Assembly (NCBI GenBank): GCA_964457755.1
Contig: CAYWGC010000011.1
Coordinates: 8,320-72,319, forward strand
DNA from: an uncultured Thermodesulfobacteriota bacterium
GTDB taxonomy: Bacteria; Desulfobacterota; Anaeroferrophillalia; Anaeroferrophillales; Tharpellaceae
DNA: 64,000 bases
Reading direction: 5' to 3'
Positions 49,212 through 62,658 of the stretch are shown here, piece after piece (position 1 is the stretch's first letter; each line of letters begins with the position of its first letter). Made by a program: the position numbers and the translations under genes. A model generated the notes under the pieces. The model did no database searches. It was not told where the DNA came from and was given only the letters and a program-made list of their open reading frames with translations.

Positions 49212-49502
49212 CTAACCCGCCATAGTTGCAACCGGGGCCTGAGCTTTCTGCATAAAAGCGGTAATCCGAGAAATTTTGCGGGATGCGGTTCTCTTAGGAA
49301 GAACCCCTTTGCTTGAGGCGCGGCCGATCGCAGAGACTGTTTCACGATGCATTTCAACCAGATCTGCACCCTCAACCTTCTCTTCAACTGCACTATAGAA
49401 TGATTTAAGTACCGTCTTCAACTGCGAATTTACCTGACGATTACGTAAGCGTCGTTTTTCACTCTGTTTGATTCTCTTGAGGGCTGATTTATGATTAGCC
49501 AA
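49212..49502 (-). CDS. rpsT: 30S ribosomal protein S20
   Basis: MANHKSALKRIKQSEKRRLRN, KRTASRKISR. Confidence 0.98.
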   Translation of the reverse strand: MANHKSALKRIKQSEKRRLRNRQVNSQLKTVLKSFYSAVEEKVEGADLVEMHRETVSAIGRASSKGVLPKRTASRKISRITAFMQKAQAPVATMAG

Positions 49503-49735
49503 GGTCTATCCTCCAATATTAATGACTTGCTATGTACAAACCTGCGTAGCCGAGCAGATATGCTAATACATTGCCATTCAATTTATAATTTATAATAAAA
49601 ACTCAACAAGCTGCTAATTTAATTATCTCTCTAAAAGGCTCTCTATTTAGTCGCTTTAAAAGTGAGGAGTGCAGGTAACAGAAAAGCTTATTACTGTCAA
49701 GTTCTTTATCTGCAAAAAACCTAAAAGGTCCAGAT

Positions 49736-50605
49736 CTATTCGATGAATTTACTCAAAGGAAACTCAACAATACTCTGGGCTCCAAGCTCTTTAAGAGCCG
49801 GAATAATCTCACGAACTACCGACTTCCGCAAGACCACAAAAACGTCAGCCCAATCGCTATCCATCAGGTTAGAGACGGTAGGAACTTTGGCCGGGGGTAA
49901 GATTTTGATGGCTTGATCAAGTTTATCCCGTTTAATATTGAACATCACCCCGACCCGGTTACGGGATTCAAGGGCGCTCTGTAAAAGCATGATAAGACGC
50001 TCAACCTTCTCGATCTTCCAGCTATCGGCCTGCATCTTTTTATTGGCAACCAAAACGGTTGTAGTTTCAAGAACCGTGTCGAGAATTTCAAGATTATTGG
50101 CCCGCAAAGATGAGCCCGTCTCAGTAATTTCAATTATGGCATCGGCAAGATGGGGAACCTTAACCTCAGTGGCCCCATAGGAGTATTCAACTTTGGCGGA
50201 GACCCCATGCTCGGCGAGATATTTTTTCGAGAGATTCACGACCTCGGTGGCAATCGTTTTGCCCTCGAGATCTTGCACTGATTTAATCGGCCCACCCTCT
50301 TTGGCAGCCAAAACCCAGCGCACCTTATTAAAGGTCGCCTTGGCATATTGGAGCTCTGCCATCTCAACAACATCAGCTCCATTTTCGACAACCCAATCAT
50401 GGCCGGTAATCCCGATATCGAGAATACCGCTCTCAACATAACGCGCCATCTCTTGCGCGCGAATCAACATACATTCAATTTCCGGGTCATCAATCGTCGG
50501 GAAATATGAGCGCGAACTTGTGGTTATTTTATAACCCGCATTTTTAAAGAGATCGATGGTTGCATCCTGCAACGACCCCTTGGGAATTCCAATTCTTAAT
50601 TTCAT
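49736..50605 (-). CDS. hisG: ATP phosphoribosyltransferase (long form)
   Basis: [36 protein letters not shown]-terminal regulatory domain. Confidence 0.98.
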   Translation of the reverse strand: MKLRIGIPKGSLQDATIDLFKNAGYKITTSSRSYFPTIDDPEIECMLIRAQEMARYVESGILDIGITGHDWVVENGADVVEMAELQYAKATFNKVRWVLAAKEGGPIKSVQDLEGKTIATEVVNLSKKYLAEHGVSAKVEYSYGATEVKVPHLADAIIEITETGSSLRANNLEILDTVLETTTVLVANKKMQADSWKIEKVERLIMLLQSALESRNRVGVMFNIKRDKLDQAIKILPPAKVPTVSNLMDSDWADVFVVLRKSVVREIIPALKELGAQSIVEFPLSKFIE

Positions 50606-50635
50606 TATTTTGCTATCCTCTATTAATTAACACCT

Positions 50636-50789
50636 GATGGCTAAGGAAAAATTTCGATATGCAAGGAGTCATTATTTTTCAGGCGCGAGACCATACAAGC
50701 AGTATGTCGAGTATCTGAAAAATAATGACGACGCCCCTAAGGAAGTGCCCTTGGGGTGCGCTGAAGATCGGACTTTTTACAACGCCATC
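50636..50789. mobile_element. 154-bp MITE-like element in the hisI-hisG gap
   Basis: Ends GATGGC...GCCATC; terminal 20 nt match 14/20 as inverted repeats. Internal perfect 15-bp inverted repeat at 50668-50682/50715-50729. No transposase encoded and no clear target-site duplication. Confidence 0.65.
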
Positions 50790-50790
50790 T

Positions 50791-51177
50791 CTATTTTTTT
50801 CCGTAGACCTTCTCTGGGTCGAAAACTTTTTCCGCTTTAATTATTTTTTCACTACCGTCGGACTCAATCTTAGTATAGAAGCAACTGTTATAACCAACAT
50901 GACAGGCAGCCCCACCAATCTGGTCAACTTTAATGACCACGGCATCACGATCGCAGTCGATAAAGATCTCTTTAACAATCTGGACGTTACCTGACTCTTC
51001 ACCTTTACGCCAAAGCCTTTGGCGACTGCGACTGAAATAACAGACCTGACCAGTTTTAACAGTCTCTTCCCAGGCTTCGGGATTCATAAAAGCGAGCATT
51101 AAGACCTCGTTAGTCTGATAGTCTTGGGCGACAGCCGTTATCAAGCCGTCTAATTTTGTAAAGTCTAAAGGGTTCAT
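50791..51177 (-). CDS. hisI: Phosphoribosyl-AMP cyclohydrolase
   Basis: [39 protein letters not shown]. Confidence 0.98.
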   Translation of the reverse strand: MNPLDFTKLDGLITAVAQDYQTNEVLMLAFMNPEAWEETVKTGQVCYFSRSRQRLWRKGEESGNVQIVKEIFIDCDRDAVVIKVDQIGGAACHVGYNSCFYTKIESDGSEKIIKAEKVFDPEKVYGKK

Positions 51178-52487
51178 TTAATGACCTCATTTATTGTTTC
51201 TTCTTTAGGGTGCAGATAGGCATCTACTTTTTTTATGGCACAGAATTCACCACACATTGTACAGACTTCTTCATCGGCCGGTTTACTCTCTTCGCGCCGA
51301 GCCCGGGCTCGGATCGGATCAATAGCAAGATCAATCTGGCCCTGCCAATCAAGGGTTTTACGTTTTTCCGCCATCTGTCGATCCCAATCCAAGGCCCCGG
51401 GAAGCCCGCGCGCAATATCACCGGCATGAGCCGCTATCCGGGTGGCAATAACGCCCTCTTTAACATCGTCGATGGTAGGCAGACAGAGATGCTCAGACGG
51501 GGTTACATAACAGAGAAAATCTGCTCCGGCAGCAGCGGCCACAGCCCCGCCAATGGCCGCCGTAATATGATCATAGCCCGGTGCAATATCGGTTACCAGG
51601 GGACCTAGAACATAAAAAGGAGCACCTTTACAGAGAGTTTTCTGAAGCTGCATATTGGTTGCAACTTGATTGATTGGCACATGACCAGGCCCTTCGATCA
51701 TCACCTGCACTCCGGCCTTCCAGGCCCGGTCAGTCAACTCACCCAGATAGATAAGTTCCTGGAGCTGCGGGCGGTCGGTGGCGTCGGCCAGACAACCAGG
51801 CCGTAAACCATCACCCAGGCTCATGGTAACATCATATTTTAGAGCGATCTCTAAAAGGCGGTCGTAATGCTCAAAGAAAGGATTTTCCTGTTCATTATAA
51901 ACCATCCATTCAACCATAAAAGCGCCACCCCGGCTCACTACATCGGTAACCCGGCCGCACTCTCTAAGACTCTCAAGGGTACGTAAATTCACACCACAAT
52001 GAATCGTCATAAAATCAACCCCGAGCTGGGCCTGACGTTCAATTACCGAAAACATTTCATCCACTGTCACATCGCCAAAAAAGCCATGTTTGGCGACACC
52101 TTCCTGAGCCACACGATAGACTGGCACCGTGCCCAAAGGTACTGAACATTGGGCAAATATGGTTCTCATAACCATATCAAGATCACCACCGGTACTTAAA
52201 TCCATCACGGCGTGAGCTCCATAAGCGATCGCCGCCTTTAACTTGAGCAGCTCATTATCGAGATTGGAAGCATCAGATGAAGTACCAATATTGGCATTAA
52301 CCTTAACTTTTAGACCCTTGCCGATACCGTAGGCGGTCAGGTTTTTATGGTTGCAGTTGGCAGGTATAGCAATAGTTCCATTCGCGACACCTGCCAGGAG
52401 TTCAGACGTAGAAATTGTTTCAGTTGCAAGAACCTGCTCCATGACAGGAGTAACCTCACCTCGACGAGCCGCTAGCATCTGAGTCAT
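51174..52487 (-). CDS. thiC: Phosphomethylpyrimidine synthase
   Basis: [48 protein letters not shown]. Confidence 0.98.
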   Translation of the reverse strand: MTQMLAARRGEVTPVMEQVLATETISTSELLAGVANGTIAIPANCNHKNLTAYGIGKGLKVKVNANIGTSSDASNLDNELLKLKAAIAYGAHAVMDLSTGGDLDMVMRTIFAQCSVPLGTVPVYRVAQEGVAKHGFFGDVTVDEMFSVIERQAQLGVDFMTIHCGVNLRTLESLRECGRVTDVVSRGGAFMVEWMVYNEQENPFFEHYDRLLEIALKYDVTMSLGDGLRPGCLADATDRPQLQELIYLGELTDRAWKAGVQVMIEGPGHVPINQVATNMQLQKTLCKGAPFYVLGPLVTDIAPGYDHITAAIGGAVAAAAGADFLCYVTPSEHLCLPTIDDVKEGVIATRIAAHAGDIARGLPGALDWDRQMAEKRKTLDWQGQIDLAIDPIRARARREESKPADEEVCTMCGEFCAIKKVDAYLHPKEETINEVIK

Positions 52488-52501
52488 AGATCTAATTTCC
52501 T

Positions 52502-53572
52502 CTATTTAAAAACTGTCAAATTGCGCATCTGACTGACGGTTTCAGCCGGGCGTTCAGACTGGAGAAGCGCTCTAATTACGGCAACGGCTGCAACTTTAGT
52601 TTGGGCAACCTCGCTAAGATTGTGTTCATCAAGACCACCGATAGCAACAACCGGTATAGAGATCTGAGTTAACATTTCAACCAGACCAGTAATCCCGACT
52701 TCGGGGTCGGGCTTGACCTTACTCGGGGTCTTAAAAATCGGGCCAAAACCAAGATAATCAGCCCCCTCGGACACTGCCGCCAGGGCCTGTTTTAAAGAGT
52801 GGGTCGAGCGGCCTATCGGTATCTGCGGGCCGACTAAACGACGAGCTTCAGCAATCGGCAGATCATCCTGGCCCAAATGTAAAGCGTCAGCGTCAACCAA
52901 AAGTGCAATATCTGGCCGGTCATTAACCACAAAAGGGGTTTTAAATTCACGGCAAAGCGCCCTGACCTCATATGCTCTTTCGAGAAAAGAGCTGTCACTG
53001 CCCCGCTTTTGACGCCATTGCAGAAGATCAATACCAGCGCCCAGAACACGCTTAAGGTCGGCAATCAGATCAGAACCGGTGTAGAAATTTTCATCGACCA
53101 CCAGATAGAGAGCTGCCGCCTTTTTATGGGACAAGCCAAACCACTCTCTAACCTTATTAAATCTTGAGCCGACAACACACTTTTCTAAATCGTAGAGTTC
53201 AAAACGTAACTCTTTAATACCTTGAGAGAGTTCCGGGTGATCTATAAGTTTCGCACACTCCTCTATAACCCGGGCCGCCTCTTGCGCCCTTTTTATATTG
53301 GCTTGAATAATTGCCTGCCAATCGCTGCGAGCCGCTTCACTGACAGTAAACGTCTGACGTCCAATATCTGTTGCGACTTGCCGCTCACGCAGACCATTCA
53401 GTATCAATCTGTCATCCTGCAACTTACGCAAACGATGCCGTAAATCCTTGATCCGCAGGGCCTGTTCATCATCACAAACCAGACGACAATAATCTTCAAC
53501 CACGCGCAAACCTTCACGTAAGCGGTTAAAATTCACATCCAGAACGCGATATACTCGATTATCTTCGATCAC
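52502..53572 (-). CDS. thiE: Thiamine-phosphate synthase with N-terminal ThiD2-like extension
   Basis: N-terminal RVLDVNFNRLREGLRVVED. C-terminal QWRQK, VNDRPD, HLGQDD, STHS, FKTPSK, AIGG. Confidence 0.95.
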   Translation of the reverse strand: MIEDNRVYRVLDVNFNRLREGLRVVEDYCRLVCDDEQALRIKDLRHRLRKLQDDRLILNGLRERQVATDIGRQTFTVSEAARSDWQAIIQANIKRAQEAARVIEECAKLIDHPELSQGIKELRFELYDLEKCVVGSRFNKVREWFGLSHKKAAALYLVVDENFYTGSDLIADLKRVLGAGIDLLQWRQKRGSDSSFLERAYEVRALCREFKTPFVVNDRPDIALLVDADALHLGQDDLPIAEARRLVGPQIPIGRSTHSLKQALAAVSEGADYLGFGPIFKTPSKVKPDPEVGITGLVEMLTQISIPVVAIGGLDEHNLSEVAQTKVAAVAVIRALLQSERPAETVSQMRNLTVFK

Positions 53573-53617
53573 AAACCCTGCTTAAATTCTTCTAAGAGAA
53601 GCATTAAGTAAGCTATT

Positions 53618-56600
53618 TTACAACTCCGCGTTGACATCGGCGGCGCTCATTTGGGCCCCTTCATTAAGCAAGAGGGCGGCGGCAGAAGCCTCTTCATTTT
53701 CGGCATCTGCGGCTACAGCTTCCTTGATAAGGAGCTGATCCTCTTCACTCATTCCGACCTTCAGATCACGATAACAGCGCTGTCCCGAACCGGCCGGGAT
53801 CAAGCGGCCCATAATCACATTCTCTTTGAGCCCGACAAGATTATCAACCTTGCCCGCGACACTGGCCTGGGTCAATACTTTGGTGGTTTCCTGGAATGAT
53901 GCTGCCGAAATAAAACTATCGGTACTCAAGGATGCCTTGGTAATCCCCAAAAAGAGCGGCTCTCCAACAGCCGGTTGCAGACCTTCGGCCATAGCTTTGC
54001 GGTTGCCCGCTTCAAAAGCATGTTTTTCGACCGTCTCATCAACCACAAATACGGTTTCACCGGCGTCTACAACCTTGATACGCCGCAGCATCTGACGCAC
54101 TATAACCTCGATATGCTTATCATTGATACCGACCCCCTGGAGTCGATAGACCTCCTGGACTTCGTTGACAATATATTTTGCCAGCTCTTTAACACCTAAA
54201 ACCCGCAAGATATCATGCGGATCAATCGAACCATCGACCAGAGGTTCACCAGTGGCCACCATATCACCTTCATGAACGATCAGATATTTACCTTTAGGTA
54301 TCAGATGTTCAATCGGATCGCCAATTTCCGGCGTCACAATAACCCTCTGCTTACCTTTAACCATCTTACCTAAGGAAACAATCCCTTCGATCTCGGCAAT
54401 AACCGCAATCTCTTTCGGCTTACGGGCCTCAAAGAGCTCGGCAACTCGCGGCAAACCACCAGTAATATCCTTGGTTTTGGTTGTATCTCGAGGTTTGGTT
54501 GCGACAATATCACCAGCCAAAACCTCTTCGCCATCGGCCACCATAATGTGAATACCGGGGGAGAAGTTATAGCGAGCCTCACCCCGGCCGTCAATTTTAA
54601 TGGTGCGATTTTTTTCATCTTTAATTGAAAGCCGCGGCCTGAGGTCGGCATTTCGAGATTCGGTTACAACCCGTCTCGACATCCGGGTCTGAGCATCAAC
54701 CTGCTCGGTGAAGGTTAAACCTTCGATCAGGTCCCCATATTTAACTTTACCGCTAACCCCTGTCAGGGTCGGAATGGAGAAAGGATCCCACTCAGTAAGC
54801 AGTTGTCCGGGCTTGATCTCCTCGCCCTCTTCAACATGCAGGATGGCTCCGAATACAACTTTATTACGCTCTTTAATCTTGCCGTCAGAATCGACCACGG
54901 CGATCTCACCATTACGGTTCATCGCGACTAATTTTCCATTACGATTACGCACCGTATCCAACTTGATAAACTTGATAAGGCCGCTCAGTTTCGAAGACAA
55001 TGACGACTGTTCAACCGCACTGCTGGCAGTACCACCGATATGAAAGGTCCGCATGGTCAACTGGGTGCCCGGCTCACCAATCGACTGCGCCGCAATAACC
55101 CCAACCGACTCACCAATATTGACCAGACGACCCCGGGCCAGATCACGACCATAACAATATGCGCAAGTCCCCTGCTTAGACTGGCAGGTCAGGACCGAAC
55201 GAATCCGAACCCGGTCAAGACCGGAACTATCTATCTGTTCAGCTAACTCCTCTGTAATCTCCTGATCAGCTTCGACAATTATCTCGCCGGTAATGGGCGA
55301 AAAAATATCATCCTGGGCCACCCGGCCCAGTACCCGATCAGATACTTTTTCTATAATTTCGCCGCCTTCTGTAAGCGGGGTCACGTAGATTCCATCAAGG
55401 GTTCCACAATCGATTTCGGAAACCACTGCATCTTGAGCGACATCAACCAAACGCCTGGTCAGATAACCTGAGTTTGCGGTTTTCAAGGCGGTATCGGCCA
55501 AACCTTTACGAGCCCCATGCGTCGAAACAAAGTATTGGAGTACATTGAGGCCTTCCCGGAAATTAGCGATAATCGGATTTTCAATAATCTCGCCGGATGG
55601 TTTCGCCATCAAACCCCGCATACCGGCCAGCTGCCGAATCTGCTGCTGACTACCACGAGCTCCGGAATCGGCCATCATATAGACCGAATTAAATGATTTC
55701 ACCTCATGCGATTGCCCAGAATTATCTTCAACAACCTCTTTACTGATCGTCGCCATCATCTCATTGGCAACCAGATCAGTTGTTTTGGACCAGATATCAA
55801 CCAACTTATTGTAGCGTTCACCAGAGGTGATCAAACCATTATTAATCTGGCGCTCAATCTCGAGGACCTTTTCATTGGCATCCTCGATTAAGCCAGTTTT
55901 AGACTTCGGTATCTCAAGATCATCAATACCGATAGAGATCCCGGACTGAGTCGCAAACTTATAGCCTAAATCTTTTATCTGGTCGGCGAAAATTACCGAT
56001 TTTTTGTCGCCGGCTTTCAAATATATTTTCTCGAAAAGCTTCGAAATACTCTTTTTCGTCAAAGTTTCATTGTATGATTTAAATGGCATTTCAGGCGGCA
56101 CAATCTCACTTAAAATAACTCGGCCAACAGTAGTTTCGGACAACTCTCCTTCAATCATCACTTTGATAACCGCCTGCAGATGCACCGAACCGGCATCATA
56201 GGCCATCCGCACCTCTTGGGGCGTGCTGTAGATGGTCCCTGTACCCAAGGCAAAAGGTCGATCCCGGGTCATCCAATAGATACCGAGGACAATATCCTGA
56301 GTCGGAATAATCACGGGCCGGCCATTGGCTGGTGAAAGGATATTATTAGTCGACATCATCAAGACCCGGGCTTCGGTCTGGGCCTCAATCGTTAGCGGCA
56401 CATGAACCGCCATCTGATCACCGTCAAAATCAGCATTATACGCGCTGCAAACCAAGGGATGCAGACGGATCGCTTTACCTTCGGTCAAGACCGGCTCAAA
56501 AGCCTGAATCCCTAAGCGATGCAGAGTCGGAGCCCGGTTAAGGAGTACCGGATGTTCGGTAATAACCTCTTCCAAAAGATCCCAGACCTCTGATTTCTCC

Positions 56601-57811
56601 TGTTCAACCATCTTTTTGGCGCTTTTGATAGTTGTAACATGACCCCGCTCAAGCAACTTATTGTAGATAAACGGTTTAAAAAGTTCGAGTGCCATTTTTT
56701 TGGGCAAGCCGCACTGATGCAGACGCAACTCCGGCCCCACAACAATAACTGAACGACCTGAATAGTCGACCCGTTTCCCGAGCAAGTTCTGACGAAAACG
56801 ACCCTGCTTGCCTTTTAACATATCACTTAAAGACTTTAAGGGACGTTTGTTGGCACCGCTGATCGCGCGCCCCCGACGTCCATTATCAAAGAGAGCATCA
56901 ACTGATTCCTGCAACATCCTCTTCTCATTACATATAATAATCCAAGGGGCTTTAAGCTCAATCAGTCGCTTAAGACGATTATTTCGGTTAATAACTCGTC
57001 GATAGAGATCATTAAGATCGGATGTCGCAAAACGACCACCGTCAAGAGGGACCAGAGGGCGCAGATCGGGCGGTAGAATCGGAATAACATCCATGATCAT
57101 CCACTCCGGCAAATTTCCGGATTTACGAAAATCATCGATAATTTTGAGACGCTTGGCGATCTTCTTCTTTTTGGCTTCAGATCCGGTCTCCGCCATATTC
57201 TGGCGCAATGTCACCCGCTCACTCTCAAGGTCGATCTTCTGCAACATCTCCTTGACCGCTTCGGCACCAATACCGCAACGGATTGTATCTCCATACTTCT
57301 CTTCAAGGAGCAGGTACTCATCCTCAGAGGTCAGTTGCCCCAAGACTATTTCATCGGCCTCACCGGGATCAAGAACAACATAGTTCTCAAAGTAGAGAAT
57401 GCGCTCTACATCTTTTAAGGTTTTATCCAGCAACAGGGCAATGCGGCTCGGCAAACTTTTCAAAAACCAGATATGGGCTACCGGTGAGGCCAGTTCAATA
57501 TGCCCCATACGCACCCGTCTGACTTTCGACTGAATTACCTCAACCCCACATTTTTCACAGACAATCCCCCTGTGCTTCATGCGTTTATACTTACCACAGT
57601 TGCACTCAAAATCTTTTACCGGGCCAAATATTTTAGCACAGAAGAGACCATCCCGTTCCGGTTTGAAGGTTCGGTAATTAACCGTCTCCGGTTTTTTAAC
57701 CTCACCAAAAGACCAACTGCGAATTTTCTCCGGCGAAGCCAGTTTAATCTGCAGCGAACTGAACTTTAAGGCATCTTTGGGTTTCTGAAAAAAACTTAAG
57801 ACATCTCTCAT
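53618..57811 (-). CDS. rpoC: RNA polymerase beta' subunit
   Basis: [38 protein letters not shown]. Confidence 0.99.
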   Translation of the reverse strand: MRDVLSFFQKPKDALKFSSLQIKLASPEKIRSWSFGEVKKPETVNYRTFKPERDGLFCAKIFGPVKDFECNCGKYKRMKHRGIVCEKCGVEVIQSKVRRVRMGHIELASPVAHIWFLKSLPSRIALLLDKTLKDVERILYFENYVVLDPGEADEIVLGQLTSEDEYLLLEEKYGDTIRCGIGAEAVKEMLQKIDLESERVTLRQNMAETGSEAKKKKIAKRLKIIDDFRKSGNLPEWMIMDVIPILPPDLRPLVPLDGGRFATSDLNDLYRRVINRNNRLKRLIELKAPWIIICNEKRMLQESVDALFDNGRRGRAISGANKRPLKSLSDMLKGKQGRFRQNLLGKRVDYSGRSVIVVGPELRLHQCGLPKKMALELFKPFIYNKLLERGHVTTIKSAKKMVEQEKSEVWDLLEEVITEHPVLLNRAPTLHRLGIQAFEPVLTEGKAIRLHPLVCSAYNADFDGDQMAVHVPLTIEAQTEARVLMMSTNNILSPANGRPVIIPTQDIVLGIYWMTRDRPFALGTGTIYSTPQEVRMAYDAGSVHLQAVIKVMIEGELSETTVGRVILSEIVPPEMPFKSYNETLTKKSISKLFEKIYLKAGDKKSVIFADQIKDLGYKFATQSGISIGIDDLEIPKSKTGLIEDANEKVLEIERQINNGLITSGERYNKLVDIWSKTTDLVANEMMATISKEVVEDNSGQSHEVKSFNSVYMMADSGARGSQQQIRQLAGMRGLMAKPSGEIIENPIIANFREGLNVLQYFVSTHGARKGLADTALKTANSGYLTRRLVDVAQDAVVSEIDCGTLDGIYVTPLTEGGEIIEKVSDRVLGRVAQDDIFSPITGEIIVEADQEITEELAEQIDSSGLDRVRIRSVLTCQSKQGTCAYCYGRDLARGRLVNIGESVGVIAAQSIGEPGTQLTMRTFHIGGTASSAVEQSSLSSKLSGLIKFIKLDTVRNRNGKLVAMNRNGEIAVVDSDGKIKERNKVVFGAILHVEEGEEIKPGQLLTEWDPFSIPTLTGVSGKVKYGDLIEGLTFTEQVDAQTRMSRRVVTESRNADLRPRLSIKDEKNRTIKIDGRGEARYNFSPGIHIMVADGEEVLAGDIVATKPRDTTKTKDITGGLPRVAELFEARKPKEIAVIAEIEGIVSLGKMVKGKQRVIVTPEIGDPIEHLIPKGKYLIVHEGDMVATGEPLVDGSIDPHDILRVLGVKELAKYIVNEVQEVYRLQGVGINDKHIEVIVRQMLRRIKVVDAGETVFVVDETVEKHAFEAGNRKAMAEGLQPAVGEPLFLGITKASLSTDSFISAASFQETTKVLTQASVAGKVDNLVGLKENVIMGRLIPAGSGQRCYRDLKVGMSEEDQLLIKEAVAADAENEEASAAALLLNEGAQMSAADVNAEL

Positions 57812-60800
57812 GATTTCTCCTCAGCTAACTCGACATCCAGACAGAGACTCTGGAGTTCCTTGATCAAGACATTAAAGGACTCAGGCAAGCCCGATTCCAT
57901 GGTCTGCTTTCCTTTAACGATTGCTTCATACATTCTGGTCCGGCCGGCGACATCATCAGATTTAACCGTCAGAAACTCCTGCAAGGTATAAGCAGCCCCG
58001 TAAGCTTCAAGGGCCCAAACCTCCATCTCCCCGAGCCGCTGGCCCCCAAACTGAGCTTTACCACCCAGAGGTTGCTGGGTTACTAAAGAGTAAGGTCCAA
58101 TGGAACGGGCATGCATTTTATCGTCAACCAGGTGATGCAGTTTAAGAATATACATATAACCGACGGTCACCGGGCGTTCGAAAGGCTCCCCAGTACGACC
58201 ATCATGCAGAATAACCTGGCCGCTCCGCGGCAGGCCGGCACTTTCAAGACATTCTTTGATACGCTCTTCGCCAACCCCATCAAAAACTGGGGTCGCCATC
58301 GGCACATAAGATGATAGTTTGCCCGCCTGTTCGCGAACTTCATCATCAGTTGCGGCCGCTAACCAATCCAGAGAGCTTTGGTCATGCGTAAAAACCTGGT
58401 TAAGTTTATCCCGTAAAACTTGAGGCCCATACTCTTTTTCGATCATCTCTTCAATCTGTCGGCCTAAGCTCTGGGCGGCCCAACCAAGATGGGTCTCCAG
58501 CACCTGCCCCACATTCATGCGCGAGGGAACCCCCAACGGATTAAGCACGATATCGACGGTCGAGCCATCCGCAAGATAGGGCATATCCTCTTCCGGAACA
58601 ATGCGCGAAAGCACCCCTTTGTTACCATGGCGACCTGACATCTTATCGCCAACTGATAATTTGCGTTTGATCGCGATATAGATTTTCACCATCTGATTAA
58701 CGCCGGGTTGCAACTCATCACCACGGCGCAGGGTTTCAATCTTTTCATCAATTGAGGCTTCAACCCGCAGAACTTCACGTTCCATATAGGCAACCAAAGC
58801 GCCAATCTGCTCCTCAATCTCAGCAGCGTCCTTTAAAACCAGGTTACTGCACATCTTCAAGGTTATTTTAGCAACATCATCAGCCGTCAACGGATTTCCC
58901 GATTCGAGAGCAACTAACCCTTTGCCACCCTTTAAATCAGTCTCTAAAATCTGGCCAAACAACAACTCGCGAGCCTTGGCGTTGACACTGCGTCTAATAA
59001 AATAGAGCTCTTCTTCGGCATCACGTTTAACCTGTTTAATATCCTGTTCCCGTTCATCGGCGCCGCCTTCTCCACCATAGCCTTTGCGGGCAAAAGTTTT
59101 GGTGTTGATAACAACCCCTTTAACTCCAGGAGAGACCCTGAGGGAAGTATCTCTAACTTCACCCGCTTTTTCGCCAAAAATGGCGCGCAAAAGTTTCTCT
59201 TCCGGAGAAAGCTGGGTCTCACCTTTGGGGGTGATTTTACCAACCAGAATATCTCCAGGGCTGACATGAGCCCCAATATGAACGATACCATTCTGATCAA
59301 GGTGAGCCAGGCCCTCATCCCCAACGTTGGGAATATCGCGGGTAATCTCTTCCGGCCCTAATTTAGTATCCCGGGCAACCACATCACATACTTCAATGTG
59401 GATAGAGGTAAACTTGTCATTTTTAATCAGTCGTTCATTAATCAAGATCGAATCTTCGAAATTATAACCACCCCAAGGCATAAAGGCGATTTTGACATTG
59501 TGCCCTAAGGCGAGTTCCCCATGATCCATCGAGGGACCATCAGCCAGAATCTCTCCAGCTTCAACAAAAGTCCCACTTTTAATCAATGGAATATGATTAA
59601 AACAGGTATTCTGATTAGAACGCATGAATTTAGCCAGCGGATAACTGTCAATCCCAAATTCATCATCATCATTTTCCGCTTCATGGCGAATAATAATCTT
59701 ACCCGAATCAACATATTCGACATAACCGCTTCTTTTAGCAACCACAGCGATACCTGAATCGAGTGCCACCCGCCGTTCCATACCGGTTCCGACCATCGGT
59801 GCTTCAGTCCGCAACAAAGGCACAGCCTGACGCTGCATATTCGAACCCATCAAAGCACGGTTAGCATCATCATGCTCAAGAAAGGGAATCAGCGAGGCCG
59901 CAACACTAACCAACTGCCGCGGCGAGACATCCATATACTCAATAATATCACGTCGTTCAATACTGAATTCACCTGCTTTACGACAGGTAACCATTTCGTT
60001 GGTGAAACTCCCGTCGGGATTGAGCGGCGCGCTGGCCTGAGCGATAATCTTATCATCCTCATCCATAGCGTAAAGATAGCGCACCTCATCACTAACCACA
60101 CCCTCGCTAACAATCCGATATGGGGTTTCGATGAAACCAAATTCATTGACCTTGGCATAACTGGCCAGCGAAGCAATCAAGCCGATGTTAGGTCCTTCCG
60201 GGGTTTCGATCGGACAGAGACGACCATAATGGGTCAAGTGAACATCTCGAACCTCAAAACCGGCTCTCTCACGAGTCAAACCTCCTGGTCCCAGCGCACT
60301 CAAGCGTCGTTTATGAGTGATCTCAGAAAGCGGATTGGTTTGATCCATAAATTGGGAGAGCTGACTACTCCCAAAAAACTCCTTGATCGCGGCACTAACC
60401 GGTTTAGAGTTGATCAGATCATGCGGCATCGCCGTGTCAATTTCCTGCAAGCTCATGCGCTCACGAATCGATTTCTCCATCCGCACCAAACCGATGCGAT
60501 ACTGGTTTTCAATAAGTTCGCCCACGGTCCGTACCCGACGATTACCGAGATGATCGATATCATCAATCACGCCCTTGTCGGTTCTTAATGCGATCAGATA
60601 GCGAACAATCGCCAGGATATCTTCAGCCGTCAAAGTTTTACAATCCAACGGTTGATCCGTTCCGAGTTTGTGATTTATCTTGAGGCGACCAACCCGCGAG
60701 AGATCGTAACGTTCCGGATTAAAGAAGATATTCTGAAAAAGAGCATCTGCAATCTCAATCGTTGGAGGTTCTCCAGGACGCAGGCGCCGATAGATCTCAA

Positions 60801-61986
60801 GTTTAGCTTTATCAACCTCCAGTTCTTTTTCAGTTCTCTCTCCCTGAGCCACGATCTCGCGTTCTTCATCGCTCAAAACAATCTTGTCGACAAGCAGTGT
60901 ATCACGCAGATAAGAGCCGACATTGACATTATCGATGAAGAGAATTTCAAACTTTTCGACACCGCTCGCCTGTAAAGCTTCGAGCTTATCGGCAGTGATC
61001 TCTTCATTACATTCGAGTAAAACTTCACCGGTTTGGGGGTCGACCACATCATGAGAAACATATGAGTTGACTAACTCATCGTCAATAAGCGGCAAGATTT
61101 CAAGTCCGGCAGCCTTCATGCGGCGCAGGGCTGTCTTAGTTATCTTCCGACCCTTGACCAGCAGAACTTCACCGCTTGCAGGATCAATAATATCTTCTCG
61201 CGCTTTAAAGCTGGCTACCAAATCAGTATTCTCATAATCGATCACACGAGAAAATTTGCCATCGGCAAGCGAGTTAACCGTTACACTATCGTAAAAGAGG
61301 TTTAACAACTCTTCTGTCGAATAGCCAAGTGCCCGCAACAAAACCGTTGCCGGCAATTTCCGGCGCCGATCAATACGAACATGGATGAGATCTTTATTGT
61401 CGAATTCGAAATCGATCCAGGAACCCCGGTAAGGTATCACCCGAGCACTGTAAAGTGACATCCCGCTGACCGTACTTTTCGATTTCTCCTGAGCAAAAAA
61501 GACTCCAGGAGAACGATGCAGCTGACTGACAATGACCCTTTCAGTGCCATTAATAATGAAAGTACCCCTTTCACTCATCAATGGTATTTCACCGAAATAG
61601 ACCTCCTGCTCCTTAATATCGCGAATTGAACGCTGCTCACTGCCCTCTTCGATATCCCAGATAATCAGACGAATGCGTACACGTATAGGCACCGAATAAG
61701 TAATACCTTTCAACATGCACTCACGATCGTCATATCGGGGGGTGCCAAAATTATAACTTACATATTCGATTGAAGAGGTTCCGTAGAAATCTTTAATCGG
61801 AAAGACACTTTTAAAAACCCCATGCAGTCCGATATCTTCACGATCTTCATGGAGGATATCTTCTTGCAAAAAACGCTTAAAAGAGTCTAGTTGCAGGTCC
61901 AGGAGAAAAGGAACGTCTACGACCTCTTTGATAGTCGCAAAATTACAGCGCAGACGAGGCAGGTTACGGTTATTCCGGGCTACCAT
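57808..61986 (-). CDS. rpoB: RNA polymerase beta subunit
   Basis: [44 protein letters not shown]. Confidence 0.99.
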   Translation of the reverse strand: MVARNNRNLPRLRCNFATIKEVVDVPFLLDLQLDSFKRFLQEDILHEDREDIGLHGVFKSVFPIKDFYGTSSIEYVSYNFGTPRYDDRECMLKGITYSVPIRVRIRLIIWDIEEGSEQRSIRDIKEQEVYFGEIPLMSERGTFIINGTERVIVSQLHRSPGVFFAQEKSKSTVSGMSLYSARVIPYRGSWIDFEFDNKDLIHVRIDRRRKLPATVLLRALGYSTEELLNLFYDSVTVNSLADGKFSRVIDYENTDLVASFKAREDIIDPASGEVLLVKGRKITKTALRRMKAAGLEILPLIDDELVNSYVSHDVVDPQTGEVLLECNEEITADKLEALQASGVEKFEILFIDNVNVGSYLRDTLLVDKIVLSDEEREIVAQGERTEKELEVDKAKLEIYRRLRPGEPPTIEIADALFQNIFFNPERYDLSRVGRLKINHKLGTDQPLDCKTLTAEDILAIVRYLIALRTDKGVIDDIDHLGNRRVRTVGELIENQYRIGLVRMEKSIRERMSLQEIDTAMPHDLINSKPVSAAIKEFFGSSQLSQFMDQTNPLSEITHKRRLSALGPGGLTRERAGFEVRDVHLTHYGRLCPIETPEGPNIGLIASLASYAKVNEFGFIETPYRIVSEGVVSDEVRYLYAMDEDDKIIAQASAPLNPDGSFTNEMVTCRKAGEFSIERRDIIEYMDVSPRQLVSVAASLIPFLEHDDANRALMGSNMQRQAVPLLRTEAPMVGTGMERRVALDSGIAVVAKRSGYVEYVDSGKIIIRHEAENDDDEFGIDSYPLAKFMRSNQNTCFNHIPLIKSGTFVEAGEILADGPSMDHGELALGHNVKIAFMPWGGYNFEDSILINERLIKNDKFTSIHIEVCDVVARDTKLGPEEITRDIPNVGDEGLAHLDQNGIVHIGAHVSPGDILVGKITPKGETQLSPEEKLLRAIFGEKAGEVRDTSLRVSPGVKGVVINTKTFARKGYGGEGGADEREQDIKQVKRDAEEELYFIRRSVNAKARELLFGQILETDLKGGKGLVALESGNPLTADDVAKITLKMCSNLVLKDAAEIEEQIGALVAYMEREVLRVEASIDEKIETLRRGDELQPGVNQMVKIYIAIKRKLSVGDKMSGRHGNKGVLSRIVPEEDMPYLADGSTVDIVLNPLGVPSRMNVGQVLETHLGWAAQSLGRQIEEMIEKEYGPQVLRDKLNQVFTHDQSSLDWLAAATDDEVREQAGKLSSYVPMATPVFDGVGEERIKECLESAGLPRSGQVILHDGRTGEPFERPVTVGYMYILKLHHLVDDKMHARSIGPYSLVTQQPLGGKAQFGGQRLGEMEVWALEAYGAAYTLQEFLTVKSDDVAGRTRMYEAIVKGKQTMESGLPESFNVLIKELQSLCLDVELAEEKS

Positions 61987-62112
61987 AGAACTTTATCCTC
62001 AATTTTTCAGAGTTAGCTTATGATGAACAAATAGCAAGAGGGGGGATAGGTTGGCGAATTCACATTGTTAATGGTGCCGATTCTCTCCAAAAAGATGAGA
62101 GAAAGGAAAAAC

Positions 62113-62153
62113 AACGTAAGGGATAGGGTCTTATCAACCCTATCCCTTACGTT
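62113..62153 (-). terminator. Attenuator-like hairpin between rplL and rpoB
   Basis: Perfect 17-bp stem AACGTAAGGGATAGGGT/ACCCTATCCCTTACGTT followed on the minus strand by GTTTTT. Same position as the known rplL-rpoB attenuator. Confidence 0.75.
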
Positions 62154-62195
62154 TAAAACGGCAGTCACAAACAATTAACAACTGTCATTATGCGT

Positions 62196-62576
62196 TTACT
62201 TAATCTCGGCAGTAGCTCCGACTTCTTCAAGTTTTTTGACCAGCACTTCAGCTTCGTCCTTACTCAAACCTTCCTTGATAGCTTTAGGCGCGGCTTCAAC
62301 TTCAGCCTTAGCTTCTTTCAAGCCAAGTCCGGTAATTTCGCGAACGGCTTTAATAACCTGGATTTTCTTTTCGCCAAAAGAGACCAGAACAACATCAAAT
62401 TCAGTCTGTTCGGCGACGGCTTCAGCTTCACCGCCGGCGGCAGGCATGGCAGCCATCGCCATAGGGGCGGCAGCGGATACGCCAAATTTTTCTTCAAGTT
62501 CTTTGACCATCTCAGAAAGTTCCAAGACTGACATATTTTCAATAAACTGGATTACATCTTCTTTAGTAATTGACAT
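62196..62576 (-). CDS. rplL: 50S ribosomal protein L7/L12
   Basis: [36 protein letters not shown]. Confidence 0.99.
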   Translation of the reverse strand: MSITKEDVIQFIENMSVLELSEMVKELEEKFGVSAAAPMAMAAMPAAGGEAEAVAEQTEFDVVLVSFGEKKIQVIKAVREITGLGLKEAKAEVEAAPKAIKEGLSKDEAEVLVKKLEEVGATAEIK

Positions 62577-62658
62577 TTTTAAAGCTCCTTACGATATGAT
62601 TCAGACTTTTACAATCTAATCGATTATTAGTTTTCTGCCGATAAACAGTTAAGCTCTA

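Noticed and set aside
50637-50840. 67-aa plus-strand ORF between hisG and hisI
   Set aside because: It begins inside the MITE-like element, runs antisense into hisI, and has no RBS or recognisable motif.
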